64,000 nucleotides of DNA, from NCBI GenBank assembly GCA_002633005.1, contig NMRA01000001.1, forward strand, positions 1,397,755 to 1,461,754, in the 5' to 3' direction. The position numbers and the translations under genes were made by a program. The stretch comes from Phoronis australis (taxonomy: Eukaryota; Animalia; Phoronida). Positions 51,671-64,000 of the stretch are shown here, piece after piece (within the stretch, counting starts at the first letter, position 1; each line of letters begins with the position of its first letter). The notes under the pieces were generated by a model, which saw only the letters and a list, made by a program, of their open reading frames with translations, did no database searches and was not told the origin of the DNA.

Positions 51671-52426
51671 TTAAAACTGATTCATGAAAGTCATGCCAAG
51701 CAACCCATATGAAGATAGAACTCTGGCTGTCTTTTGCGTGCGATCATAACGTGAAATCTGCCTTTGTTTGGTGTTGAGGGTCTTTAGGTGAAAGAAATCA
51801 CAGCCAGGCAGCACACGTTAAAGGGTTCTGTGTTATTAAGCAATGGCATTGTTTTTACTGTGTTATCGACTTCATATTTGGAGTGCGATCACGATGGTCT
51901 GCCGTTGATATCCGTCTTGTCGAATGGCTGTGAGCGCATGCGCGCATCTATCATAAGTGGAAGGGAGATAAGAAACATTTTTGGTGACTACAGAGATTTT
52001 CCTTACTGCGAATTTCAGAAATATTGAATTTTGTGAATTTTTTTACTTTTTCTGGAAATTTCCTGTAGTGACTTGATTAGCGGTACATCATTTCAGTCAT
52101 CAAATGTCGAATGTGAGTAACCCCCTGGACGATGCTGATACGGGTAAATAATTCAACACTATAGGATACCATTATTGATAACTACTTTCGAAGGTGTGTA
52201 TTCGATGCGCTATGCATGTACTTATGACGTTTGATAGCGGACGTGAACTGTGATAGGCTCAAGACAACAAAGAATACTGTATGGCCCGAGAGCAGAATGC
52301 GTGCTTAGTTTTTCTGTTGCAGCTTTTAACCCACAGTGTTCTTCAAGCAGTACACCGTTGTGGTGGAGCCCGATCTGCCCAGCAAGACCAGAGGCCACTT
52401 GTTGCTTACCTTCTACCAGACGGACA

Positions 52427-52490
52427 ATGCAGATACAAGACTCAAGTGTACAAAAGCGGTGGTTTTACGTGGTGTTGTTCAGCGTTGTAG
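52427..52490 (+). CDS. ACP5: ACP5-like putative exon 1 (signal peptide)
   Basis: [25 protein letters not shown]|gtgaga. Phase 1 joins the CA of the next exon to give Ala and a hydrophobic signal. Confidence 0.55.
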
Positions 52491-55400
52491 GTGAGAGATG
52501 ACGATTGTCGCTATGAAACGTTGATAGAGTGTTGTATTTGAGTTGTCACATCCATCATCTGGTAAGTCAAACAAGTGAAATGATTTTACATGTTACCAAT
52601 CCGGGTAGTGAAGAACTGCAGACAATTAATCATTCCATTACAAAACCTCTATGTTGTTCGCCGCCATTTTCACATGCGGAAAGATGGTCTGGAAATTTTT
52701 AGCAAGTGATTGATAAAAATGTACTGTGTAGGCCTACAGAGAGCAAGTTCGAAAAAATTTAGCACCGTACGCAATGTTTGCGCTCACAATCTTGGTATAA
52801 GAACTAAGTTTAGTCATTGACAAGGGTATCAAGATTTCGACAGCATCTCGCACTTTCACCAAGATTAATCCATAGAGAAACCCCTTAATGGTGAATGGAA
52901 TTAAGTCCACATAATGTTGTAGTGAACCTGGGGACACAGAGAGTTTATCTCACGTATCGCACAGGGCACATGTCTCAGAACTAGGGACAGGACCTATATT
53001 ATGAATTTGTCAAAACGTCCAGCCCAAAACATTTCATTTTGTAGACAGCAAGTGGGGTGGACTCGAATTAATATGACAACATAGAATACGATGGTGGTCA
53101 TTGAATACAAACTTTAACGAACGATACATGATCTTTCGCATTTTTCGGCCCTTTTGAACACTCTATAAATGCCATACGAGACGGTAGTAATTGAAACATG
53201 ACCAAATAAATACATAGTGAATCTTTAACTTAGTGCATGTGTCTACCAACCAAATGGCGTATTCGGAACAGGGCATATACCTACTTCGTTCGCTGTAACA
53301 GCGAACCCTGGGATACACCTTTAGAAACAGCGTTCCAATAACTATGAGCATTTTCAAATTTAACTCTCATTATTCTCTCTGGCAAGTAGGTAAGTATACG
53401 TAAACACGTTTTCTGCGAGCAGCCTTGTACATTATGTTTAGAGACAAGCAATTAAAGAATGAGAGAAGTAGTCAAATGCTTTTGATCAATCAATCAGTAG
53501 GTGCACTGTTTAAAGCCTGTTGTCAATGGTTGACCCAAGATCTTCAGTGAGTCTCAAGGGAACATATTCACGGCGACAGCCTTTCCTGAAGACACAAAGA
53601 CGTTTGTGTAGAATTTTGTTAAAATAATTAGTGAGTTGCCTTTACAGAAGTCTTTTAAAAAACCTGGTTTGCCGCGGGTAACATGCCGTGTCCGGACTGC
53701 CGCCTTTTTGAAAACATGAGTGGCCTCCTCAAGTTTAGTTTCAGAGTCGATGGGTTTGAAGACAGTTTAATACATTGATTACAAACAGGTGTAGATGAGC
53801 ATCCAGAACTTTATTCCGTACCTAACTTGTAAAACTCGCGTTGCTTAAGTTGCCATACCCTTTTTCCTTGTGAGAATTCCGCCTTTTGTGCACCAGTGAA
53901 ACATAAGACTGTTTAAAATAATCAATCAGCGCTCGCGTTTCCCATTTTGCGACTTAGCGAAAATGCTAGGTCGCCAAACGAAGTCTGAGGTCGCTAAAAC
54001 TGAAAACTCCAGGTCGCGAAACGAAATTTGAGACCATCAGAACTGATAAACATGTCGTGCCGTAATCCATTTTTAATGTGGTAGTCGTAACTCTTCAACT
54101 TCTCCCCATAAATGTCCATTCATTCTCTCTAACTCAATTCCTCTTACCAACCAGCGAACATGGAACGCACTGCATACAACGGAGACGCGTGTTTCACCAG
54201 TCTTGCCCGATTTTTGCATAACAATTTCTGTGATAACTTCCTTTAGTACTTTCAGCGCGTTTGATGTTTGCTGAGTGTTGTGGTGGGCCCTCCATTGGTG
54301 GGTACTTAAGTAGTATGTCTACTACCTTGGAAAATCAATTACACTCAGTGACGATGTCTCTTGCTTCAATTTAGTCTCAAAACATTAAATCGTATTATTT
54401 GCTGGTTCCTCGGCACCCTCATTACTTTTATAGTGCAACACACAGCCTATAGCGACAATGTGAATATGGAGTACGTTGTAAATTGCCAAATGTTTTTAAG
54501 AACGAGTTTTGTGTCGAAAATGATCCGCCGTAAATCACTTAATCGTGTCCAGTAAATATGATGACGTGGTGTTGGGGAATAACACTGCATGATGCGGGCT
54601 AGTGAGCCGCCAAGGTAAGTCAATAGTGTAAAGGTCCTATTTCCAGATTTTTTTGTTTTCACATTTACAAGTTGTCAATGCACTTTTTAGCGTGGTTAAT
54701 TAACACTGTCGTTTACTTCCTGCTATACATTGGCATAACTCGGAGCATGTTTTGATTTTTGTTTTGAGACGGGTCGTAAAAACATCAAGTTGGGAAATAA
54801 GACAAATTCACACTTCTCGTTTTCTGTGGTTCAAGTAAGCTGATATGCTTAAAATCTAACAGACATAAATTACGCCGACGTGTTAAGATTTGCAGTAAAC
54901 AGTGTGCTCTGGCTAAGAGATAGGAATAGGAGAATATTGAGTCATTGAACACATTGACCTGCACTGGATTTTTTCAACTTTTCTTCCTGTCTGTGGGCTA
55001 TATAAATGCCAAGCAAGTGAGTAATATTTAAAATGTGACTTAACAACGAAAGTCAAGCTTATTACTAATACTTCCTCTTCCTAGAGCTGTTTGTGAACAT
55101 AATTCATCCCTTATTTGTACATCTTGTTTGATTACTTAATGCTAATGACTTTCTAAAACCGCTCTGAGATGCTGGTGTGTTACAACTATTATTTAGTCTA
55201 TTTACACCCACCTCTTGTCTATTTACACTGATTCACTTCTCTATCTAATATAAAACCTGTAATCATTTTTCTTAATTTGTAGCAATTTCCTCTCAAGGAG
55301 TCACCAAAGGCGCTGCTTTACGATTTCTTATTAATGGCGACTGGGGCGGTAAAGGAGGTCGTCCGTACGTCAGTCACATTCAAAGACTGGTGGCGAAGGA

Positions 55401-58400
55401 AATGTCGAACGTAGCTCAAAAAATGCTGTTGAATTCGTCATATCAACGGGAGATAACTTCTATGAGACAGGTGTCAAAAGCGAACACGACGAGCGATTCG
55501 CGGTAAGTTCTGTAACGATCAACTCAAATATCTACAGATCCCCGAAAGTAGTCAACAAGTGAAAACCGAGTCCAGTTACACATTGACCTAGTCCACAACG
55601 TGTCATTTTATCAACAAAGGTTCTAAGGAACACGAACAGTTTTTTGACAATGATATTGAATTTTATTCAACTGTGTAAAACCTGCAGATTTTGTTGCGGT
55701 ACATACTTTGCTTGTTGGCATCATCAGAAATGTTCTGGGGCCCGTTCCAAGAGACTGACTTAAGTTCATTTTTTACTTTATTCTAGAATCTGTCCTAACT
55801 TCCAAACTTTGAAACGTCTACATCTGGTAGACAAAACTAACGTCAAACTTGAGGTTAGTTTACTTTCTTGGAAAGGACTTAGACAAGTTGAAGTTTTATC
55901 TTAAAATTGATGTAAATTTAAGGTTTGTCTTAGCTGAGTCAGTTTATCGGATCCCTGGTCTACAAATGCGTGATGAAAAAAGTGTGTATATAGGTTTCCC
56001 CTATATAATCTACTGTTATTTTATTTCCCAGCGTACGTTCGAGGACGTTTACGCCGATCGATCTTTACAAGTACCGTGGCATGTTATCCTTGGAAATCAT
56101 GACTGGATCGGCAACACATCCGCTCAAATTGAGTACACGAAAAAGTCAACACGCTGGTAATTAAGATATGTATAATGGCTTGCCATTCACGATATGCATG
56201 TAGATCGAAAAATTTGTACCCGAACGTGCAAAAGGGGCAAAAAATAAGAAGATTTTATGATTTTTTCTGGCCCCCCGTTAATCTTTATTGATGTGTTTTG
56301 AACAGTTTGTTTAGAAAACTCGCAGTGTAACTAAATGTTTGTAAATAATTTTGATTTTACTGAACAATAAATCTCATTCGATCGGCAATCTGGTGAATGT
56401 TTCTCTGAATATTTCAAGAACGTGCCAGTTCGAAGTTGTACTGTCCCAGAGATGCCCTACCTTGTCAATGTTCCTCAGTGCACAAAACTAGAATATTTGA
56501 AGAATTTGAAGAGTTTACGAACTTAGCACCAGTCTAATGAAACTGATTCCAAAAAATAAATTTTCATTTTTCCATCTTACGACTGGCACAAGGTCATTCG
56601 GCTACTTCATAAAATGAGCAAAATACACAAAATGGCCAGTTTTTACCCCAAAAAACACCATTCGCATACAATTACAGTAAACAAAAAGCATGCATTCTAA
56701 CTGCCAAAATCCTTCAGATGCTAAGAATTGGGGTGAATAGTCGACTGCCGAACAGTTGGAATTTTTCACAAATTTGAAGTACCTGAGGGTACCTTAATTT
56801 CCTGCCGAATTCAGCAACCCGCTTGGAACGAATGAGGGTTTATGAGAAGTTCGAGTAAAAAGTTGGCTTAGGGGGTTTCTTATTGAGACTACCAGGCATT
56901 GCAGCTTCAGACGCAAATTTTAACCTATCACGTTAATTATGTTTTCAAAACCTGTTGTACAGTAAGCAATTGTTATTCTTTGAATAGCCGAGCGATTTTT
57001 CTGTAGGAATCTTCCTGATTACAAGTACACGCTGAATTTCACCATACCAAGAACTCAGGAAACCGTCACCACAGTGATGATAGACACTGTCATTTTGTGC
57101 GGCTATAGCAGCGGATTCACGAGCCTTCCCGGGCCCAGTGATCCCGAGAAGGCAAGACAAATATACAAGTGGATTGAAGATGAACTTGTGAAAGCTCGGT
57201 AAACCTTTATACATATATGTAAGGCTTTCAAAAGATGATTCTTTCTTTCCCAAGTTGGTAATGCTCCCAAGAACATTGACAATATGTTGCTGCTAAAAAG
57301 CACATTTAAAAAAATTAAATGATAAGAAATCACTTTTGCCCCGCAATTAACAAACGTAGCCTCAAAGATTTCGCCAAAACGTTGTTTTTAGAAAACGGGC
57401 GCGTCCGGAGCCGCGCATGTAGACCGGGGTGACTAAAAGTGGGTAGATGACAACGATGGCGTACATACAGTCTCATCCTAGGCAGAGTTTGGTGCACAAA
57501 ATCGTACTATAATACAGATCTTTTCAAAAAAGAATATTCGACGTCAAATATTGAAGACTCTATAAGTCATGTTCTGGAGTCAAAAACGACTCTTCACAAG
57601 CCTAGTATTTGCTCCTTCCAGGCAACATCATTATGTCCTTACCGCTTGGTGGTAATATAATAGCTTGGAATAACCCTGGCGGTCTGGAACTTGCCCGCCG
57701 AATATTTTCAATGACAGTAAAGGCTCAAAAAAGGGTTCCGTGCACGCTCAGACGTAATACTATTCGTGCATTTCACGTCTTCCAGGTCTTCGGAATACTT
57801 GTTGGTGGTCGGTCATTATCCAATATTCTCCGTTGGTCTTCACGGTTCTGATGACTGCTTGAGAAATTCCCTGTTACCCTTGTTGTACAAGTATGAAGTG
57901 TCGGCCTACATCTGCGGTCACGACCACAATCTTCAGGTAAGTGGTGGCATGAACTGGCAGGTGCAGTTCACACCCGTTACCTGTGGCCAGTATAGTTGAA
58001 AGGTTGGCTTTAAAGATACTCGTCGACAGAGTTGTTCTGAAAATTTAGGACAGCCATCCTTTAAGCGAGAGAACACGGAAATGGGCCCTTTCATGGAATT
58101 TTATTTCAGAAAGTAAACAATGCGCTTGTCTTTAAAGCTCCCAATGCGACCCTTTTGTTTGTGGCATTGTAGACAATTTTCCCCAGAAAATTTAAACAAG
58201 ACTTTTTCGAAGGAAAAGCTGAACATGCAACTCCATCCACCTGAGCTCCACGTTCGATATGCCTTTTCGATGGGAGTAACGCTGGGAACCATAGTCAGCT
58301 CTAAAAAACTATAAGGGCTGTCTTAATCCTGCCCCTTAAATAATTATGACGTGCTACAATATGGAAAGCCAAAGCGGAAAAATTCCAGGACACATGATTT

Positions 58401-60144
58401 TATTTTCTATTTAGGCATTAAAATATCTGCAGGGCCAGATTTTTTCCGTCAGGACCAAATTTAACACGTCAGGACCGAAAATTTATCACGCCAGGAGAGA
58501 AAAAATTTCACGCCATTGCAGAAATTTTATCGCGCCAGGACCGCAAATTTACATGCAGGAGAAAATATTAACATCCAATGTCCGACAATGGCAATCCCCT
58601 GTGTCTCTGTAATATTCAGCCGTATTCAAGTCTTATGTCCAACAGGCCAAGAGTACGTACCTAATACATGGGCACTGAAATAAGTGGGGGCTACAGCCCC
58701 CTATGGTGCGCCGCCCATGTAGTACCGACGAGGGCATGAAAACTTTTGGCGTGTTATTTTTTCGCTACTGACGTGATAAGTTTTCGGTGCTGACGTGATG
58801 AATTTTTGTCTTGAGTATTTTTTTCTGAGTTTGGAGGGTGAAAATAACGTTTGGAACTATTTTTAAATCTTTGCATAGAAAACATATGTCTTGAATTTTT
58901 CCCCATTGATGTTCCATACTAGCATTCTCGCTGTACAATAGGCAGGCAAACACAGCAAATAGCTTGGATGCGATTTGTGCGACTAAGTGTCTTCTTTCAA
59001 ATTTCATTGTTCCCGGTAAACATTGGAAACGAATTTTGAAGTACTTATTAAAATCAAAATTATATTGTGTGCGTACAACCCGAAAGCACTACCACAGTTG
59101 TTGTGGCGTTTCTATGGTGAGTGTTCGTTTCCTTATGTCTGCTCGCATAGGCAGTATGTTTTGCGGGTCGAAAACCCGCCGCAAATTTGTTTTACCACAG
59201 TTTAAAGTTGATAAATTTGGGCCTCACAAAATCCGCATAGTTTTGATGCCGAGTTCTATACTCCCATGAAGTTTGCTAGGCAAGATTGCACCCTCAGGTT
59301 CAATGTGGAAACCTAACAACATACATGTTCAATCAAACGCATGTGCCAGTACAAGACAACAGTAATCATAATCAGACATGACGGTTAATTATGTTAACAA
59401 TAAAATTATTGGTAATTACTATTAGGGCGGCAAAATTCTAATTACAGAATAGATTAGCCACCTTGCTAACTGTCCTACAGTATGTATTAATTTCCCTTCA
59501 TTCTCGGTTGTGAGGGATAAGACTATTCTGGCGATGACTGGCTTCTGCCCCAGTCGTCATGACGAGATATTCCAAGTCATTTTGTCTCAATACTTTTGGC
59601 GTGCACAGTGCATTTATAGTCGCATGCACCAGAACATTTCGAAATCTTCGCAAGCTCTTAGTTCAGTGCGACTAACAAATACTAATGTCAATAATTCTGT
59701 GAACCATACGAAGCCAATTTCAAAGACAGAAATCAAATTTTACAGAATTTGAACTTTTTCTTGTAGCATATGGTAAGTGTGTCTGGAGACCACAGGCTAA
59801 GTTATTTCGTAGTGGGATCAGGGGCTCGATTAAGCCAAAGGATGTCAGATAAAGGCGCCGTACCCACAATCGCTACAGAATTCTTCGCGGCTGACAAAAG
59901 TGGCGGATTTGCTCTGATGGAGATAACAGCTGACAGTGGGAAAGTGACGTTTATTAACGGCAAGGGCGAGATAGTTCACACGGGATCTTTTGATAAGCGA
60001 AAGTCACCAACCAAACCCAATGATCATTCTGCTCAAAAAGATAAACTAGAGGAGTGGAAAATTAAGGGCAAATATAGAAAAAACAATGCAAATAAACAAT
60101 ACGCAGATATGTACAAGATACCAGATGAACTTCCACGGATGTAA
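52427..60144 (+). CDS. ACP5: Tartrate-resistant acid phosphatase type 5-like (purple acid phosphatase), 6 exons, ~376 aa if the 1-nt frameshift at 55418-55423 is corrected (whole-gene span)
   Basis: PAP motifs GDWG, GDNFY, GNHD, VVGH, GHDH occur in order and exon phases are consistent. Confidence 0.88.
55283..55502 (+). CDS. ACP5: ACP5-like exon 2 (contains a frameshift)
   Basis: [36 protein letters not shown] / (N)[26 protein letters not shown]; ttgtag/gtaagt. Confidence 0.9.
56032..56156 (+). CDS. ACP5: ACP5-like exon 3
   Basis: [42 protein letters not shown]. Confidence 0.95.
57007..57198 (+). CDS. ACP5: ACP5-like exon 4
   Basis: [64 protein letters not shown]. Confidence 0.93.
57786..57936 (+). 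CDS. ACP5: ACP5-like exon 5
   Basis: [50 protein letters not shown]; cag/gtaagt. Confidence 0.95.
58435..58810. repeat. Foldback-like element with degenerate ~22-25 bp subterminal repeats (CACGYCAGGACCGAAAATTT) in inverted arrays
   Basis: Direct array at 58435-58565 and inverted array at 58741-58810. Confidence 0.55.
59767..60144 (+). CDS. ACP5: ACP5-like exon 6 (terminal)
   Basis: [20 protein letters not shown]...[10 protein letters not shown]...VTFINGKG...TAA. Confidence 0.92.
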   Translation, partial: HMVSVSGDHRLSYFVVGSGARLSQRMSDKGAVPTIATEFFAADKSGGFALMEITADSGKVTFINGKGEIVHTGSFDKRKSPTKPNDHSAQKDKLEEWKIKGKYRKNNANKQYADMYKIPDELPRM

Positions 60145-60217
60145 ATTAAAGTACAATAATTTATTTATTCATTATTAGGACAGTTGTTTGATGATCATGA
60201 CTGTTACTAGGCAGTGC

Positions 60218-60223
60218 AATAAA
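60218..60223 (+). promoter_or_regulatory. Candidate polyadenylation signal of the ACP5-like gene
   Basis: AATAAA ~75 nt after the stop codon. Confidence 0.4.
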
Positions 60224-62258
60224 TATTCATACACTATGTTAACGTATTGGTAATATGAACTCCAGCGTTGACCCGCACCATATTGATCAGTCATCTGAGT
60301 AAAGATTTGATTTGCGCCATCGACTGGTCTGAAGTCATGATCGAGTGAACTTTGATGAAAAAAGGAGATAGAACGGGAAACGTACGTTGGATGATATACA
60401 TGTTATCGCATTTATTTGGGCACTTCCGGCAATTCTAACCGACTGCCTCTGCAATCCAAGTCCTCGCTTTTGTGTTTTCTTGTCAGTTCAATTTTCATTT
60501 CGAGCATCACATTTCCCGCCGAAACAAACCTGAAATTATAACAAGAGACTCTTGTGCTACAGTCATGATCCGTGTAAATTATATCCTAGCTACATTCACC
60601 AGCAGTCTCTATGATTCTAAGGACCGGCGAACTACAATCAAAGTATACAGCGAAAACGTATAATTGATCTATCGCAAGCTCCGCCCTTTGCGAAAAACCG
60701 ACAAACAAGCAATAAGTTTTACCTGACAACGTGTTGTTTGTCGGGTAAAATGGCGGCTTGGAAACGAAGGTGTGTCAAGAATGCTGTGTTCTGATTAGTC
60801 AGTTATGCTGTCACTCAAAATCCTGGCGATAGGTCAATTATTTTTATTGGTAACCGAAGGTAATCGGCCAAGCACTTGGCTCGCTTCATCCTCATGCGGT
60901 GTGGTGGAATTGTGCTCGCGACGGGTAGTACAAGTGAGATATTCACCTCACTTCCCCGCGGTTCATTTTGGCGCGGGCATGATCTATGACCTGAGCTCTC
61001 CGTTTGCGCTGGCCCTAAGAGTCAACGAATGCCCGTCCTTTTTCCACGTATTAGAATCCGTATTATGATTGAAGCGTAGAGCTTTTGGAATGACACAAAC
61101 AAGAGCGTGATTGCTTTCATCTTGAGAGTTTATGGTCGTATTTAACCTCTTAGCCACAGCCAATTTTTTTTTTTATTGCACACGAATTTGTCTGCGAATA
61201 TTGACTTAACGAAATCAAATTTCTTCAAGTGTAGTCCAACCAAATTTTATTGAAATAGAGGCAGTGATCTATTGTTTCGCAACCGATTGGTCTTCAATTG
61301 GGGCCTCAATTTGTGCTGATCAAAGTCTACTCATCTTCTGAGTGTGTCGGAAAAGAAGAAGCGTAGATATGAAGTGCATAAATATAAGAGCACTATCCCC
61401 ACAATAAGGAAAGAGAATGAAACTTAGAGCAGGACTGACAAGACCTGAAGTTTGTGTGGCTCTACAACTACAAGTATAATCAGGTGGGAAAAGAACGCAG
61501 CGAATTTTGCTTTAGATGCTAACATGCTACGGGGAAAGTCAATATCTTCAAGAAGTCCAAAAAGAAACATCTCTTTTAAGAAGCATTTGATTGGCACAAA
61601 GTCCTCGTCTTCCATATACGGACCCCATTTACCACTTTAATCAAACTTCCAGTAGAAAAAAGTATTAGCGATGTTGCATAGATATCTGTCAGTAACTGAG
61701 AAAATTATTGGGTATTTGATTGCCTTTAGCTTCTATTCTGCGAAGAAAGACTTTTTTGACTTTGGCCCATAACTGTTGTAAAACATATCTGAATTTGTCC
61801 CTTACTCAGTTTACCATAGACTATGAACTTCCAACTCTGTATACTCTCAATGGACCAAATCTTTGATCGTACTGTACGCATAAGGCGCGAGCAGGATTGG
61901 CCGAAAAGTCACTATTTCAGTACCAGGGGTGCCTAGTGTGAGTCACGCCTTGCGACAAGTCGTCTGCAGTAAATGCTAAAACGTATGTTGTCTAATTTTT
62001 GTTATTACATTGGCTCAAATCTAGAATTACTGAGTTTGGAAGTACTGTATCTGCTTGGCAAGAGAACAGTAGTTTGAAACCAGGTTCAACAAGTTGGCTA
62101 CACTAGACTGGTCATTTCATTCGTCGAGAGCGGTTATCAAACTCAGAAATCTATTCTAATCAGAAGGAACATGTTGACACCAGTTTTATGACAACAAGCC
62201 TAAGTTTCTGGCGGAAGGCTGGTTTATAGTCCCTGCAATATGTATAGTGCCTACTCAC

Positions 62259-62375
62259 AAAGTTCGTGCTTCCGCACTGGGTTCCATCGGCGGCTGCAGA
62301 TTTCCATTTACAAAATTCTCCACTTGTTTTCGACGGATCGCTGCATGCTAGCTTGGCACAGATGCGGGAGTCGGC
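62259..62375 (-). CDS. Isolated exon encoding an ADAMTS-type cysteine-rich (disintegrin-like) domain segment
   Basis: ttgcag|ADSRICAKLACSDPSKTSGEFCKWKSAAADGTQCGSTNF|gtgagt, phase 0-0. Matches the C-x2-L-x-C...C...AADGT-x-CG pattern. Confidence 0.65.
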
Positions 62376-62869
62376 CTGCAAGTGAACTGACAAATTAAAT
62401 ATCAACAGCATCGCCGTGTACCATAGTACAGTTTTTGATTTTCACCGAGGTCAATATGTTGGTTTTTAAACCCCTTGAAAACTCTAATGAGACCGCTAGG
62501 TAATTCATAAAAAGGCGCTGCCTACCAGCAAAAGCGGGTGAAAACTGTGCTACTGAAATTTGCTGTAAAATACTATTTGTGCTGAAGACGATTATTCAAA
62601 TCACGTCAGTTCAAGGAGTGGATAGAGATTCTGTAGATGCTAAAAACTGAGTGAGTACATGGTTAAAAGTAGTTATTTTATCACATTCCCCCTGTTCGCA
62701 ATTACAACGGACATTCAACTACGTATCTGCAGTGTATCACGTAACTGTCACCACCATTGTGAACAATGCCGACCAGTGGTGCAAAACCAAAAACTCCAAC
62801 GAACCGTCCCAACTTGCGCAGTGCCACCAGTATCATAGATTACATGGCCCCGTAACAGGACATAACAAA

Positions 62870-64000
62870 TAGAGAGTTACTGAACCAGCTGAACGCCACA
62901 TTTGATGGTATGGAGAAGGAGATAGAAAAACTAAGACATCAATTTCATGCGAGACAAAGGCTGAAAATGTCAAACTCAGGGATTGCATTAAGCTGCTAGA
63001 GAAAAAAGTGGACGACCTCGAAAATTGGTCCAAAAGGGACAATATTGTTATACATGGTATGAAGGAGGAGGTCAACGAGTAATGGGACAAAACTGCTGAA
63101 TTGGTTCAACAAGTGGCTGATGATTTAACAATAGGCGAGTTGTCAATTGACGGTGCACACCGTCTTGGCAGAAAACAGCAATAATCGCAAAAGCATCGGC
63201 GACAACTGAGCAAATCTGCTCTCATGAAGAAACACAGAGACCTGTCAGAAGGGATACACATAACCGAAGATTTCTCATGGCGAGTTAGATTGGCCAGGAA
63301 AAAGTTATACACCTTCAAAAGGGAGAACAGGATGGAACATGTTAAAATCACATGAGACAAGATGATCAACGGTAAAGAAGCCTACAACTATGGCGAAGAA
63401 CAAGACATGGTCAACCGAAGAACAGATTTTCGAAAGCAACTGGCAGAGGTATCAACAATGAAGCAGGCCCTGATGAAGAATAGCAATTTGATGAACAGAG
63501 CATGGATTTGAATATAGGATCCAGGATTATAGAAGGCTTCAAAATGAAGAAATTATCTCAGGAAATGTATGAAATTGTTGAGTCATGTGATATAATTGGT
63601 TTCATTGAATCATTCCAAAAATCACCCACAAAATTTGATACGTTTTTCGACAACTATACAGTCCACTCTGCAATCCACCCCCTGGTGGGAAATAATCAGG
63701 AGGCGTCACTGTGTTAGTAAAAATAATTTGGCACAGACTGTAACTCGCATGAATTATGATTTAAAAGACCGTGCCTATTTACACATAAAAATATGTACCC
63801 CCGTAGCGAAAAGCCATATGTCATTATAGGTTTTGTGTACCTGCCTCCAAAGGGTCCTGAATATAGCCAAGAAAGTGACTTGGAGCAGATATATACTGAC
63901 ATCATAGATTTTAATGTTTCAGGTAAATTAAACCAAGCCAGATTAATCCGTGCAGGTGATTTCAATGCCCGCAATGTCACTGTCAATGACTTTATTTCTG
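62870..64000 (+). mobile_element. 5' part of a CR1/L2-group LINE: ORF1 (coiled coil + RRM) and start of the ORF2 endonuclease, degenerate
   Basis: KLLEKKVDDLENWSKRDNIVIHGMKE..IDGAHRLG..GIHITEDFS; then CDIIGFIESF, GFVYLPPKG, GDFNAR. Confidence 0.85.

Noticed and set aside
53586-53614. Possible hammerhead ribozyme core (CTGAAGA-stem-...)
   Set aside because: The GAAA core is absent (GTAGAAT) and no stems I/III were found.

Overview
This is AT-rich, intron-rich animal DNA, most like a marine invertebrate; the taxon is inferred and not resolved. There are no prokaryotic features or CRISPR arrays, and most ORF-track entries are spurious or single exons. I assembled two spliced genes by hand from GT-AG sites with consistent phases. 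(1) A 15-exon secreted three-domain multicopper oxidase (laccase/ascorbate-oxidase-like) on the minus strand, 43954->13724, about 729 aa, with all four Cu-binding motifs intact. (2) Divergently, a 6-exon tartrate-resistant (purple) acid phosphatase, ACP5-like, on the plus strand, 52427->60144. It has all metal-ligand motifs but carries a 1-nt frameshift in an A6 run. A lone ADAMTS-type Cys-rich exon lies at 62259-62375 (-). The rest is a dense, nested transposon landscape: Helitron, DIRS, several CR1/L2/Crack LINE relics (one with a decayed 2A-like motif), an ISL2EU-like element with THAP and SAP remnants, two TTAA-flanked Kolobok-like elements and MITEs. Several foldback structures carry tRNA-derived Pol III modules. 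The most unusual is a ~1.5 kb near-spacerless palindrome in a laccase intron with two convergent tRNA-like units, each preceded by a CRE octamer. A 1.1 kb tandem duplication across a single N is probably an assembly artefact. I see no clearly new multi-gene system.
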